64,000 nt of DNA from the NCBI RefSeq assembly GCF_006345805.1, contig NC_042997.1, forward strand, positions 138,756,001 through 138,820,000. Direction: 5' to 3'. Positions within the stretch are counted from its first letter, which is position 1. The number at the start of each line of letters is the position of its first letter. The notes under the pieces are model-generated. The model saw only the letters and a list, made by a program, of their open reading frames with translations, did no database searches and was not told the DNA's origin. This document shows positions 1 to 11,700 of this stretch, one piece after another. This DNA is from Octopus sinensis. Lineage: Eukaryota. The position numbers and the translations under genes are program-made.

Positions 1-126
1 AACATTTCACTTAATTTCTTTTCTCCAATTTAATTGTTCTTCTTATTTTACACTTAGTTGAAAATGTTTAAAAGGCGGAAACCGGTACTAAAATGTACTA
101 TATGATAAAAATATTTTAGCATTTTC

Positions 127-328
127 TACCTTCTACATACATACATACATACATACATACATACATACATACATACGTGCATACATACATACATACATAC
201 ATACATACAAACATACATACATACGCAGACACACACACAGACACACAAACAGACAGACAGACACACGGACACACAGACACACGGACACACACACACACAC
301 ACACACATACACATACACACACACACAT
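127..328. repeat. (TACA)n/(CA)n compound microsatellite
   Basis: Direct tandem repeats; explains the low-complexity ORFs here. Confidence 0.95.
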
Positions 329-514
329 AAAGGTTCGATTCTCTGTAAAGAAAGCTGGCCACTTTCTCCGGTTTTCTAAAGAGTATCTATTCGATTTTCT
401 AAGCTCTTTTCACAGCCATCTTGCATTCGAGGATTCCTTTATTTAGCCGTAGAATACCGACACACTCGGCGCTTTTAAGTTTGTTTACAATATACATATA
501 TATATATTCTTTTC

Positions 515-676
515 ATAAGCTTAAAGCTTATAAGAGTTCGCTGTGTATTGACTAAAGAAAATAGTCTGATATTGGGGCATATAAACCCACGACGGCAAAA
601 AAGAGCTTATATGCCTCAATATCAGTGTATTTTCTTTTGTCAAAACACGGCGAATCCTTATAAGCTTTAAGCTTAT
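515..676. mobile_element. Hairpin (foldback) MITE-like element
   Basis: ataagcttaaagcttataag...ggcatataa pairs with ttatatgcc...cttataagctttaagcttat; ~70-bp imperfect arms, ~22-nt spacer, TA-rich flanks. Confidence 0.7.
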
Positions 677-757
677 CAAATTATCATTATTATTATTTAC
701 AGTATTGTAAAAAACACGGCATCGCTTATCAAATCATCGCGTATATATGTATATATG

Positions 758-820
<63 letters not shown>

Positions 821-838
821 ATATAAATATGTATGTAT

Positions 839-888
<50 letters not shown>

Positions 889-922
889 ATATATATATAT
901 ATATAATTTATTATATAAAAGG

Positions 923-973
923 AGCTTCTACAGGACTAGAACTGTTTCATTCAAGAGAAATCTTCAGGAAGCT
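923..973 (-). ncRNA. Type I hammerhead ribozyme (family A)
   Basis: Minus strand: agcttc CTGAAGA tttc-tctt-gaat GAAAC ag-ttctagtc-ct GTA gaagct; 6-bp stem I, weak stem II. Confidence 0.8.
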
Positions 974-1321
974 AGTTAACAGGAATTGTATTGGCATTTA
1001 TACATTTAGGCAGGTTTAAAGGGGTGGTGGTGGGGGACTTTTTTGGGGGTAGGCATAGCGCAAAAAAATCATACTTGGGGGAGTGGTCAAGGAATCAGTG
1101 GTAAATTAGATAGTAGAATAAATAAAAGAATAAAAAAAGGGAGAATAAAAAAATATATAGAAGAATAGAGTTTTAGGTAAATAAAGAAAATCTCACTTAT
1201 ACCTATACACATATGTATACATATATACACACACACACACACATATACATACTCACATACATACACACACACCCATATATATATATATACACACACACAC
1301 ATACATATACATACATATATC

Positions 1322-1376
<55 letters not shown>

Positions 1377-1584
1377 ATATATACATACACATATACATGC
1401 ATATACATATACACACACACATGTATATATACACACACACACGACCACACATACACATACACACAAAAAAATATATACATACACACACATACACATACAC
1501 ACATACACACACATATATATCCACATACACACATGCACACACAACACGCACAAGTCCCTATATACTCATATATACTTATACACA

Positions 1585-1638
<54 letters not shown>

Positions 1639-2081
1639 CATATGTGTACCTATTCATACCTACACATACACACATATATACATACAAATACAAACCCATT
1701 CCCTAATTTTAATTTTATTATCTTCATTTATTACTTTTGTTATCTTTGACCGCTGGTCACAAGCATCTTGGCTACGACATCTAGTCCCTTTTATCTTTCT
1801 ACTTGAGCACAAGCACTCACTCACGCACGCACACTCGTTAGCACGCACACTCACTCATTCGTACACTCATACACATACACGCACGCACGCGTTATATTCA
1901 TGCATACATACATCTACATACATACACATATATACACATACGTACGCGTACCTACAGATTCATGTCTACAATCTTAGAAGACTAGTCTATACATATACAC
2001 CAATAAATATATATACACATATACATATACACCTACATACAAATACATACATACATATATATACACACACATATACATACA

Positions 2082-2133
<52 letters not shown>

Positions 2134-2214
2134 CATACATATCCGCATACATACATACATACACCCATACGTACATACATATATACACACATACACACAC
2201 CCACACGTATACAT

Positions 2215-2258
<44 letters not shown>

Positions 2259-2312
2259 GCGCATGCATACACATACAAATACATACACATACACATATAC
2301 ATATACATACAT

Positions 2313-2365
<53 letters not shown>

Positions 2366-2660
2366 CATACACATACATACATACATATACATATATACAC
2401 ACACACATACATACACATATACACATACACGCACATACACATATACATGCGTACCCATACACACACACACACGCGCGCATCCGTATATACACATAAGTAC
2501 ACACTTGCGTAAAAGTATACATATATCTATGCTTACACATACACACACACACACACGCCACTCCTTATGTTCATACTTACATGCATACTCAAAAAATAAG
2601 TAATAAAATATATATACGTGCAGTTACCTATTATACAGACGGATACATACATATAAACTT

Positions 2661-2732
<72 letters not shown>

Positions 2733-2733
2733 C

Positions 2734-2765
<32 letters not shown>

Positions 2766-2909
2766 TTGCACATATGTACATATACATACACACATACATA
2801 ACTCTACGTACCTACATATACCTAAACACACGAGCGTACACGTATATGTACATATACATACACATACACACGCATATATACATACATACACATACATACA
2901 CGCACATAT

Positions 2910-2941
<32 letters not shown>

Positions 2942-2959
2942 ATATAATACACATATATA

Positions 2960-3010
<51 letters not shown>

Positions 3011-3059
3011 CACACATATACACATATATACATACATATACATACACACACATACACAT

Positions 3060-3108
<49 letters not shown>

Positions 3109-3484
3109 TATATATTGATTTTCACTCTCGATAAATCTCCCCTTTTTGTGTTCCCAGCACTCGGCATCTTTATTTAGGAGCCCTTAATTGTATAACTACA
3201 TAAATAATATTTTTCTATATGAATAATATTTTGTCTTATGACTAATTCGTTTTGTGCTGGGCACCTGGTAGTAAATAATATTACTACCCTTCTTGTTTAA
3301 TATATATATATATATATACACATATACATATATATACATATACACATACATACACATACATATACATATACAACATACACACACACACATACATATATAC
3401 ACACCACACACATACATATACATACACACATACATACACACATATATACACATACATATATATATACAACACACACACATATAT

Positions 3485-3518
<34 letters not shown>

Positions 3519-4040
3519 CATATACATGTGTGCAAACATACATACATACTCATACACACTCACACACTTACATATACATATATACACACACTTACACACA
3601 CAACACATTATATAATATATATATATAATATATATACATACATATAAATATATATATATAATATATATATATACATATATATACACACATATCTATACAC
3701 ACATACACATATGTACACATACACACACATATTCACATATATATATATATATATATACACATACACACACATATATATATATATACATATATACATATAC
3801 ATATATATACATATATATATATATATATACATACATACACACACATATATATATACCCACACCTACACATACACACATATATATATATACATATATACAT
3901 ACATATACACACATACACACACACATATATATATATGTACATACATACACATACACATACATATACATATACATATACACATGCACATACGTATAACTCT
4001 ACATACCCACATATACATATATATATATATATACATACAC

Positions 4041-4073
<33 letters not shown>

Positions 4074-4378
4074 CATATATATATACATATACATACACGT
4101 ACATATACACACACATATATATACCCATCTACAATCTGTATATACACACACATACATGCACATACACATAACTCTACATACCTACATATACATCGACATA
4201 CTCGCGTACACTCATATGTGTGCATGTGTGTATGTGGATATATATGTGTGTGTATGTGTATGTGTGTGTATGTATATATTTTTTTTGTGTGTATGTGTAT
4301 GTGTGGTCGTGTGTGTGTGTATATATACATGTGTGTGTGTATATGTATATGCATGTATATGTGTATGTATATATATAT

Positions 4379-4410
<32 letters not shown>

Positions 4411-4663
4411 TTAAAAATTAAGGGTAGAAATTGATATTAGTCAATTAAAACCAGTGGTCTAGCACATTAAAAAGAATCCGAAGATTAAAATATTTATATA
4501 TACCAATTAAGGACTGAACACGAAAAGGTGGACAGTCAACATGCTAGATATAGACGTCAAATCGCCATTCTCCACAAGGATTATGTTCTCAAATAAAAAT
4601 AAAATTTAGCACGACCTAAAGCAATGGATGAGACAAAAGAAATATACTAAATGGAATAATTAC

Positions 4664-4723
4664 CTACGTACTGCAGTTTCAGCTATTAATATCACAAGGA
4701 TATCTGTAACTTCATCAGCGTAG
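4664..4723 (-). ncRNA. Type I hammerhead ribozyme (family B, inverted arm)
   Basis: Reverse complement of 5278-5337 with one G-U pair in stem II. Confidence 0.88.
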
Positions 4724-5277
4724 TTTGTTATGAGCATAATATGCTGTACTAGATGAAAAACGGTACCGGAGTCCCGCATGCAAACAGTACAGATATCCTT
4801 GTGATATTAATAGCTGAAACTGCAGTACGTAGGTAATTATTCCATTTAGTATATTTCTTTTGTCTCATCCATTGCTTTAGGTCGTGCTGAATTTTATTTT
4901 TATTTGAGAACATAATCCTTGTGGAGAATGGCGATTTGACGTCTATATCTAGCATGTTGACTGTCCACCTTTTCGTGTTCAGTCCTTAATTGGTATATAT
5001 AAATATTTTAATCTTCGGATTCTTTTTAATGTGCTAGACCACTGGTTTTAATTGACTAATATCAATTTCTACCCTTAATTTTTAAATATGAAATATAGGT
5101 CTCAAACCGATAAATTGACTGCTGCTAATTATTGGCTGCAGGCTAGTTTTTCGATTATCAGCGCGCCAAAAGTAGAGGCATTCGAAAGATACATCCGAAC
5201 GTAATAGGTTGTACTTTTTGCATGCGGGACTCCGGTACCGTTTTTCATCTAGTACAGCATATTATGCTCATAACAGA

Positions 5278-5337
5278 CTACGCTGATGAAGCTACAGATA
5301 TCCTTGTGATATTAATAGCTGAAACTGCAGTACGTAG
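5278..5337 (+). ncRNA. Type I hammerhead ribozyme (family B)
   Basis: ctacg CTGATGA agcta...tagct GAAAC tgca GTA cgtag; perfect stems I and II, palindromic stem III ACTGCAGT, predicted cut after 5332. Confidence 0.92.
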
Positions 5338-5730
5338 GTAATTATTCCATTTAGTATATTTCTTTTGTCTCATCCATTGCTTTAGGTCGTGCTGAATTTT
5401 ATTTTTATTTGAGAACATAATCCTTGTGGAGAATGGCGATTTGACGTCTATATCTAGCATGTTGACTGTCCACCTTTTCGTGTTCAGTCCTTAATTGGTA
5501 TATATATATATATATATATATATATGTAGATATATGTATGTATATGTATGTGTGTGTGTGTATATATATATATATATGGGTGTGTGTGTATGTATGTGAG
5601 TATGTATATGTGTGTGTGTGTGTATATATGTATACATATGTGTATAGGTATATATTTATATATGTATATATATATAAATATGTATATATAATATATTTAT
5701 ATATGTATATATAATTATATATTTATAATG

Positions 5731-5766
<36 letters not shown>

Positions 5767-5800
5767 TTGATCAAAATAAAAACATGATGCGAAGGATTCA

Positions 5801-5878
5801 GCGGTACATATGTTTCGGGCCTTTATTAGACAGATTTATAACAATGCATAATGTATGTCTGTGGCCTTCTTCAGCCGC
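5801..5878 (-). ncRNA. Type I hammerhead ribozyme (family C, inverted arm)
   Basis: Reverse complement of 8732-8809. Confidence 0.85.
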
Positions 5879-6487
5879 GCACAACAGCTTCCACAAGGAC
5901 ATGTGTTACATAAAAAATTCTTGGTTGGGGATGCAAATCCTCTCATTCGCGTACGACATAATGCGCAGCAGCATAGAATTGAAGCGTCCATCTCTTTCTT
6001 CTCTCAATGTAGAATGAGGAAATTTGGATGTTGAAGTAATGTAAATAAATAAATACATATATAGACGTGAAGATGGAGGGGCGAGAATTCAGGACGAGGG
6101 ATAAAAAATGTATAAAAAGTGTAAGTATAGAAAAATATAAAAAGTAGTAGAGTATAAAGATATAAAGGGATATAAGGAGATGTAAAGGGGGGGTATAAAG
6201 AATATAAAGAAATATAAAGAAATATAAATAAATGTAAAGGCATAAGGTTATAAAGTAAAAATAGAAATAGAAATAAAAGTAAAAAGTAAAAAAATAAAAA
6301 TAGGAATAAACATGATAAAAATGTAAAAAAAATATAAAGATAAGGGATGTATAGAGGTTACGGACCAAACATGGTGGTCAGGAGATTGATAAAATTTAGT
6401 TGTAGAAGTTTTGGGTGTCAATAAATCAACAGTGTCGTCTGGGGACCTAATGTGTTGTAAATCAGAGCTGTTGAGCGTTTAATCTGG

Positions 6488-6763
6488 TCCTCGCTGAAAC
6501 ACAGACATAAGGCTAACAGCACCTCCCTTTCTAAAAGAATTTGGGAATTAAAAGACAAATGCATAGGCTTCAAACTCAGGTGGTCCATCATCGGATCAGC
6601 TGCACCTTATTTAAATAATAGAGCAGGATGCCAACTATGTTGTGTAGAACTCCTGAACATCTTGAAATTCAAAGACAAACACAATCTTATTAACAAAAGG
6701 TCAGAGTTCAAACCATCCTGTATACACAAACTTATAAATACTTTCAAATACTACAAAGCGTAG
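6488..6763 (+). pseudogene. C-terminal fragment of a PLE GIY-YIG endonuclease domain (Neptune-like)
   Basis: Manual translation, absent from the ORF track: SSLKHRHKANSTSLSKRIWELKDKCIGFKLRWSIIGSAAPYLNNRAGCQLCCVELLNILKFKDKHNLINKRSEFKPSCIHKLINTFKYYKA*. Matches the NSTxLSKxIWELK...WSI...CxLC..E...LNKRSE...CxH pattern; uninterrupted frame that begins at the inversion junction. Confidence 0.85.
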
Positions 6764-8731
6764 GTTATTATACCAACTCCCCCATGCAATTTCCTCCCAC
6801 CCGGTGCAACCTGTCGGCTCCAGCACATCCCGCTTTCCTATATGTGCGTGTATATGCGTATATGTGTGCGTATGTATATGTATGTGCACGTATATGTATA
6901 TATATATATATATGTGCGTGTGTGTGTGTGTGTGTGTGGGTGTGTGTATGTGCATATATGTTTCCCTGCATTTTCCTCCTATATATACAAATTTTGTCTC
7001 CCATATATGTCTTCTTTTCCCTACATATTTCTTCTCCTACACCCATATCCTTCCTATATAGTCTCTTTATTTCCCTATATCTATACCCTTTCACATTTCT
7101 AACTCGGATGTTGAACGCACACCGCCAAACTCCACTTCCCACCCTTCCAATTTTCAGTTCCCCCCGCCCGCCCCTACGTGGGCACCTTTAACACACACCT
7201 CTAACTTTCAACCACCTTCATCTCATGTTAAACTTTACCAAATTATATTTTTATTTTATTTTATTTTATTTTTATTTTTGCTTTTATTTTTACTTTTATT
7301 CTACTTCGATTTATTCTCATTTTTATTTTCATCCCTTATCTTAATTCTTATAATTTTTATAATTTTTATATTTCATTTCTAACCTTTACATTGTATTTCT
7401 TATTTTATACTGTATTTCTTACTTTTATTTCTAATTTTTACCCTTACCCTCATTCTTACCCCTAACTTATCGCTTTATATCTCTATATATGTCTATTTTT
7501 TTTGCTTATCCCTTATTTACTTACCTATGGATCCACTTTATGATTATACGAGCGTCCGTGTACGTATGTATACGTATACATATATGTACATATGTACGAG
7601 TAAACATCTACGTCTGGATGTACATACCCCGTATTTCTTTTTTTACATGTTTTCTTATATTCATATGTTTACACCTATTTGTATACATCTTTTAATATCT
7701 TATAGCTATACCCATATGCGCGTATGTCTCTGTGTGTGCATGTAAGTGTATATGTGCACGTACATATGGACACACAGCCGTGTGTGCGTGCACGTGTAGA
7801 CGTGAGTGCGTGATTCTTTACATACGTTCTTATATACATCCTTTAATATCTTATATCTAAACCTGGAAGCGTGGGCATATGCGTATGTGTATGTAAGGAT
7901 GGGCGCACGTATGTACATATGGGTGTGTACACGTATAATGTCCGTGTATACATGCGGATATTATGTTGTATGTATGTATATGTACGCGCGTGCGTGTGGG
8001 TGTGTGTGTGTTTATGTACATGTTTACACGTGAGTGCGTGTGTATGCTTATAGGCTTGGAGGCGTATATGGGTGTATGTATCCATGATGGTATGTATGTA
8101 CTAGATGACCAATTAATTCAAAGAACCAGATTAAACGCTCAACAGCTCTGATTTACAACACATTAGGTCCCCAGACGACACTGTTGATTTATTGACACCC
8201 AAAACTTCTACAACTAAATTTTATCAATCTCCTGACCACCATGTTTGGTCCGTAACCTCTATACATCCCTTATCTTTATATTTTTTTTACATTTTTATCA
8301 TGTTTATTCCTATTTTTATTTTTTTACTTTTTACTTTTATTTCTATTTCTATTTTTACTTTATAACCTTATGCCTTTACATTTATTTATATTTCTTTATA
8401 TTTCTTTATATTCTTTATACCCCCTTTACATCTCCTTATATCCCTTTATATCTTTATACTCTACATTTTTATATTTTTCTATACTTACACTTTTTATACA
8501 TTTTTTATCCCTCGTCCTGAATTCTCGCCCCTCCATCTTCACGTCTATATATGTATTTATTTATTTACATTACTTCAACATCCAAATTTCCTCATTCTAC
8601 ATTGAGAGAAGAAAGAGATGGACGCTTCAATTCTATGCTGCTGCCGCATTATGTCGTACGCGAATGAGAGGATTTGCATCCCCAACCAAGAATTTTTTAT
8701 GTAACACATGTCCTTGTGGAAGCTGTTGTGC

Positions 8732-8809
8732 GCGGCTGAAGAAGGCCACAGACATACATTATGCATTGTTATAAATCTGTCTAATAAAGGCCCGAAACAT
8801 ATGTACCGC
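8732..8809 (+). ncRNA. Type I hammerhead ribozyme (family C)
   Basis: gcgg CTGAAGA aggcc...ggccc GAAAC atat GTA ccgc; palindromic stem III ACATATGT. Confidence 0.85.
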
Positions 8810-8934
8810 TGAATCCTTCGCATCATGTTTTTATTTTGATCAATTTACTCCACCACCTACACCACCAAACGGTATACACAGGTGCTTATAATTATCAAGT
8901 ACTCACCCCGAATTTCTATATATATATATATATA

Positions 8935-9145
8935 TACAGGGTTGGCCAAAAGCCACCTGACAGTAAATCAACACCATTTAATTCCTAGAATTATTTTTGT
9001 TTAACAACTGAATGAATTTAATAGAAGCATCTAAATATGAAACAGTATGAAAATTGTTCAAATTGAAGCCCTTCTTGAGCGACAAATTTTTCCCTTCGAG
9101 TCAATACAGAATCACAGATAGTATCTATGGAATTTTGATTTACTG
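8935..9145 (-). mobile_element. Tc1/mariner-superfamily 3' end fragment with terminal inverted repeat
   Basis: TA|CAGGGTTGGCCAAAAG terminus; the minus strand reads ...ICDSVLTR...AQEGLQFEQF, resembling a Tc1-like transposase C-terminus. Confidence 0.55.
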
Positions 9146-9554
9146 TCGCCTCCAAACAAGAACATCTCGGTTAACACAGTTTATAAATGAATAGCAAATC
9201 CAAATTAAGCCAAGCAAATCTCGATTAACACGACAATATTTTCAAATACTGCGGGGAAAATTGCCTTGTAATGAAGTAGCCGTAACTGTGAGCGCATAGT
9301 GCGGCCTACTCTTGTTACTCGACACAGTCTCTAAACAACTATCTAGAGCTAACTTTACGAGTTAATGTGATTATGAACTTCCTGCTGGAATGTGGTTTTC
9401 ACTTATGAATTTTTATTTTATTTTAGTGTATACGGTGTATTGTAAGTTCCGTTGTTTCTTGAAATAATCGTGTTGCTCCACTTTATCAAAATATAATACA
9501 CACCTCAGCCTTAATGGTTTGTGGATACAGAAAGACTAACGAGAAAAAATTCAG

Positions 9555-9975
9555 GTGTTAGGAAGAAAAAAAAGTGCTAACTCTGGATGATAAATAAACT
9601 AGAGGTTATAAAGAGATAACAAGGTGGGTGACAGCAAAGCAAAAATTGTGCGAAACTTTAGAATGAATAAAACAACGGTAAGAATAGTTATAAGAAAGAT
9701 AAACGACTCTGAGGAAAAAGCGTTAAGTCGTATCAACTTCAGGTAAACTGACAACAAGAAACAGAAGTAGTATAAAATGTAGCGTCTTTTGTTTTTGCGG
9801 ATGAGAGATAGCAGTCAGAAAAGACATCCCTCAAGCATGATGGCTACTAAAATGAAAGATTTAGTTATCTTCTCTACAATTAGAGAAAATGTTACGAAAG
9901 GAAACAAGATTCGAGCTGAAACTGAAAAAGAAGCGATTATATTTAGTTCTGGTTGATTTGCGAAGCTAAACTCTG
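9555..9975 (+). pseudogene. pogo/Tigger transposase N-terminal (CENP-B-like HTH) fossil
   Basis: With frameshifts: KKKVLTLDDK.LEVIKR*QGG.DSKAKIVRNFRMNKTTVRIVIRK...KM*RLLFLRMRDSSQKRHPSSMM...FSSG*FAKL, matching the Tigger motifs. Confidence 0.7.
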
Positions 9976-10036
9976 GCTCTTAAGGCAACAAGTGTAGACA
10001 AAATACAGCGCATAGATAACCAATATTCTGAAAACT

Positions 10037-10239
<203 letters not shown>

Positions 10240-10449
10240 ATCGGAGCATTGGGTTCAATACCATCCAATTTGAAACAAAAAACATCTGAAAACCTTAGAA
10301 ACACCCTACAATCTAGATGTATTGCAAAAGGCGGCACTACTTGGAACTGCACGCATATTGCGTAAAGTACTGTCTGTCTGAGGTCCTTGTTGTGACTTGA
10401 CAAACAGTACAATCAACAACCTCGCGATATTGTATACTGTGCGACGCCT
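10240..10449 (+). mobile_element. R4/Dong-clade non-LTR retrotransposon 3' end inserted in (TAA)n
   Basis: IGALGSIPSNLKQ/KHLKTLETPYNLDVLQKAALLGTARILRKVLSV* (stop 10379-10381), the typical C-terminus after the restriction-like endonuclease; short 3' UTR, then TAA repeats. Confidence 0.8.
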
Positions 10450-10468
10450 ATAATAATAATAATAATAA

Positions 10469-11016
10469 GATGCCCTGATGCAGTACCAGGCAGTGGCTCT
10501 CAAGGCTTCTGATCTTAACTGATTGGAAGTGTCATCATGTACATTGTTTTGTCTTGGTATAAAAGATGGGCTACAGCAAATATTCTGCTCAATACCACAG
10601 ATTTGCTTGTCAGTTGTTTGACCTTAACCAGTTGAGCATGTCCCTTAGTGGCTGACGATATGTGCATCTCTGATCACGAGCAAAAGTAGTGGGGGAGCAT
10701 CTTAGCCATGTGTTGAGAGGGATTCTTTGGGGTTTGAATAATTCACCTCTGGAAACATGGGTGGTTTTTTCAACATCCTTAAACAACCCTTATTCAGGGA
10801 CCGTTTGAGCGGGATGGGCTACTCAACCTGAAGAAAATTCTAACTGGGCCCCACCTGCAAGGTCATGTGCTGTTTATCTTGATATGAGATCACCATGTCG
10901 TGCACATATGGTTGTGATGCATGTGCCTGGTGTACCCTTATCAGACGGGTAGTCATGATGGGAATATTGGGCTTCGTATATTTTACCCCAGTGTCACTTT
11001 GATGGCATGCACACTC

Positions 11017-11017
<1 letters not shown>
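10469..11017 (-). mobile_element. ~550-bp non-coding interspersed repeat embedded in (TAA)n, copy 1
   Basis: Highly similar to 19849-20400 and to the reverse complement of 57043-57480; TAA repeats on both sides; strand inferred. Confidence 0.85.
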
Positions 11018-11078
<61 letters not shown>

Positions 11079-11537
11079 AGACGATGATAATGATAATTGC
11101 TGTGGTTATGGAGGCGACTCAATGCAAGCACGTTATTTATATATATGTGTGTGTGTATGTACATACATGTGCACGTGTATATACAAAGAGAGGAAGGGAG
11201 AGATGGGATCTCAATAACATCTTTAGTGGGAACCTCACGGACGACTCATGAATTCATGATGTAACAACAATGAAAGAATTAACGGCAAGAATGGAACTAT
11301 AGCCGACCATGGTGAAGGTTTCCCGCCAGGCTTGTCCGAAATCGCCCGCACCAGTGGCAGTAACCCTTTCACTCAAAAACGTCTTACTAAAGACCCCTTT
11401 GCATGTTTTGTAAACTTTCCAACAGACTATTTTAATCAGAAGGAAACCAATTTTGCGTTCTGTTGTTGCATGAACTTGTTCCACCTATGTTATATTTTGG
11501 AGGATAATACTAATGATAGCAAGAACTTCTTATATAA

Positions 11538-11700
11538 AGGTTTCACATTTTGGTATAGGGCCAGTAAGTTTTGAGGGAAGGGGGAAATCGATTACATCGA
11601 CACCAGTACATGACTGATACTTGTTTTATCAACCCCTCAAAGGATGAAAGGCGAACTCGGCAGAATTTGAACTCAGAACGTAAAGACAGACGAAATGCAG
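11538..11700 (-). mobile_element. tRNA-derived SINE family A (partial)
   Basis: aaaggatgaaaggc...cggcagaatttgaactcagaacgtaaagac, the reverse complement of a B-box plus the gcctttcatcctt core. Confidence 0.85.

Larger units (their letters stand above)
4409..5500 (+). mobile_element. Non-coding hammerhead retroelement, family B (retrozyme-like; inverted arm plus ~1.4 tandem copies of a 505-nt unit)
   Basis: 4409-4790 is the reverse complement of the unit; agatatccttgtg recurs at 4791 and 5296 (period 505); (TA)n on both sides. Confidence 0.85.
911..5655 (-). mobile_element. Penelope-like/hammerhead element, family A, copy 1 (microsatellite-rich body, interrupted inverted arm)
   Basis: 911-1200 matches 36630-36905 and the reverse complement of 39200-39470. 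Internal islands (1700-2010, 2618-2660) match 37195-37490 and 37985-38025. 1198-1540 recurs inverted at 4215-4400 plus 5520-5655. Confidence 0.7.
5763..8917 (+). mobile_element. 5'-truncated Penelope-like element (Neptune-type), family C, with inverted pseudo-LTR arm
   Basis: 5763-6488 is a near-perfect reverse complement of 8125-8847. The right arm has an extra ~70-nt tail before (TA)n. Endonuclease remnant at 6488-6763; hammerheads in both arms. Confidence 0.88.

Noticed and set aside
74-95. Hammerhead 3' half GAAAC cg GTA (also on the minus strand at 24060-24080)
   Set aside because: The CUGANGA half is absent or outside the window, so the motif cannot be confirmed
3115-3300. Unique island between TA tracts
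   Set aside because: Probably another TA-targeted fragment, but it has no second copy, ORF or ribozyme core to support a call
116-4434. Long ORFs of up to 371 aa rich in Y/I/H/T/C/V/M (also at 36.7-39.2 kb, 49.9 kb and 60.7-62.6 kb)
   Set aside because: Translations of TA/CA microsatellites that lack stop codons; no protein signal
4749-5460. Duplicated 60-68 aa ORFs (MLDIDVKSPF...)
   Set aside because: Antisense frames across the duplicated ribozyme unit; no recognisable domain
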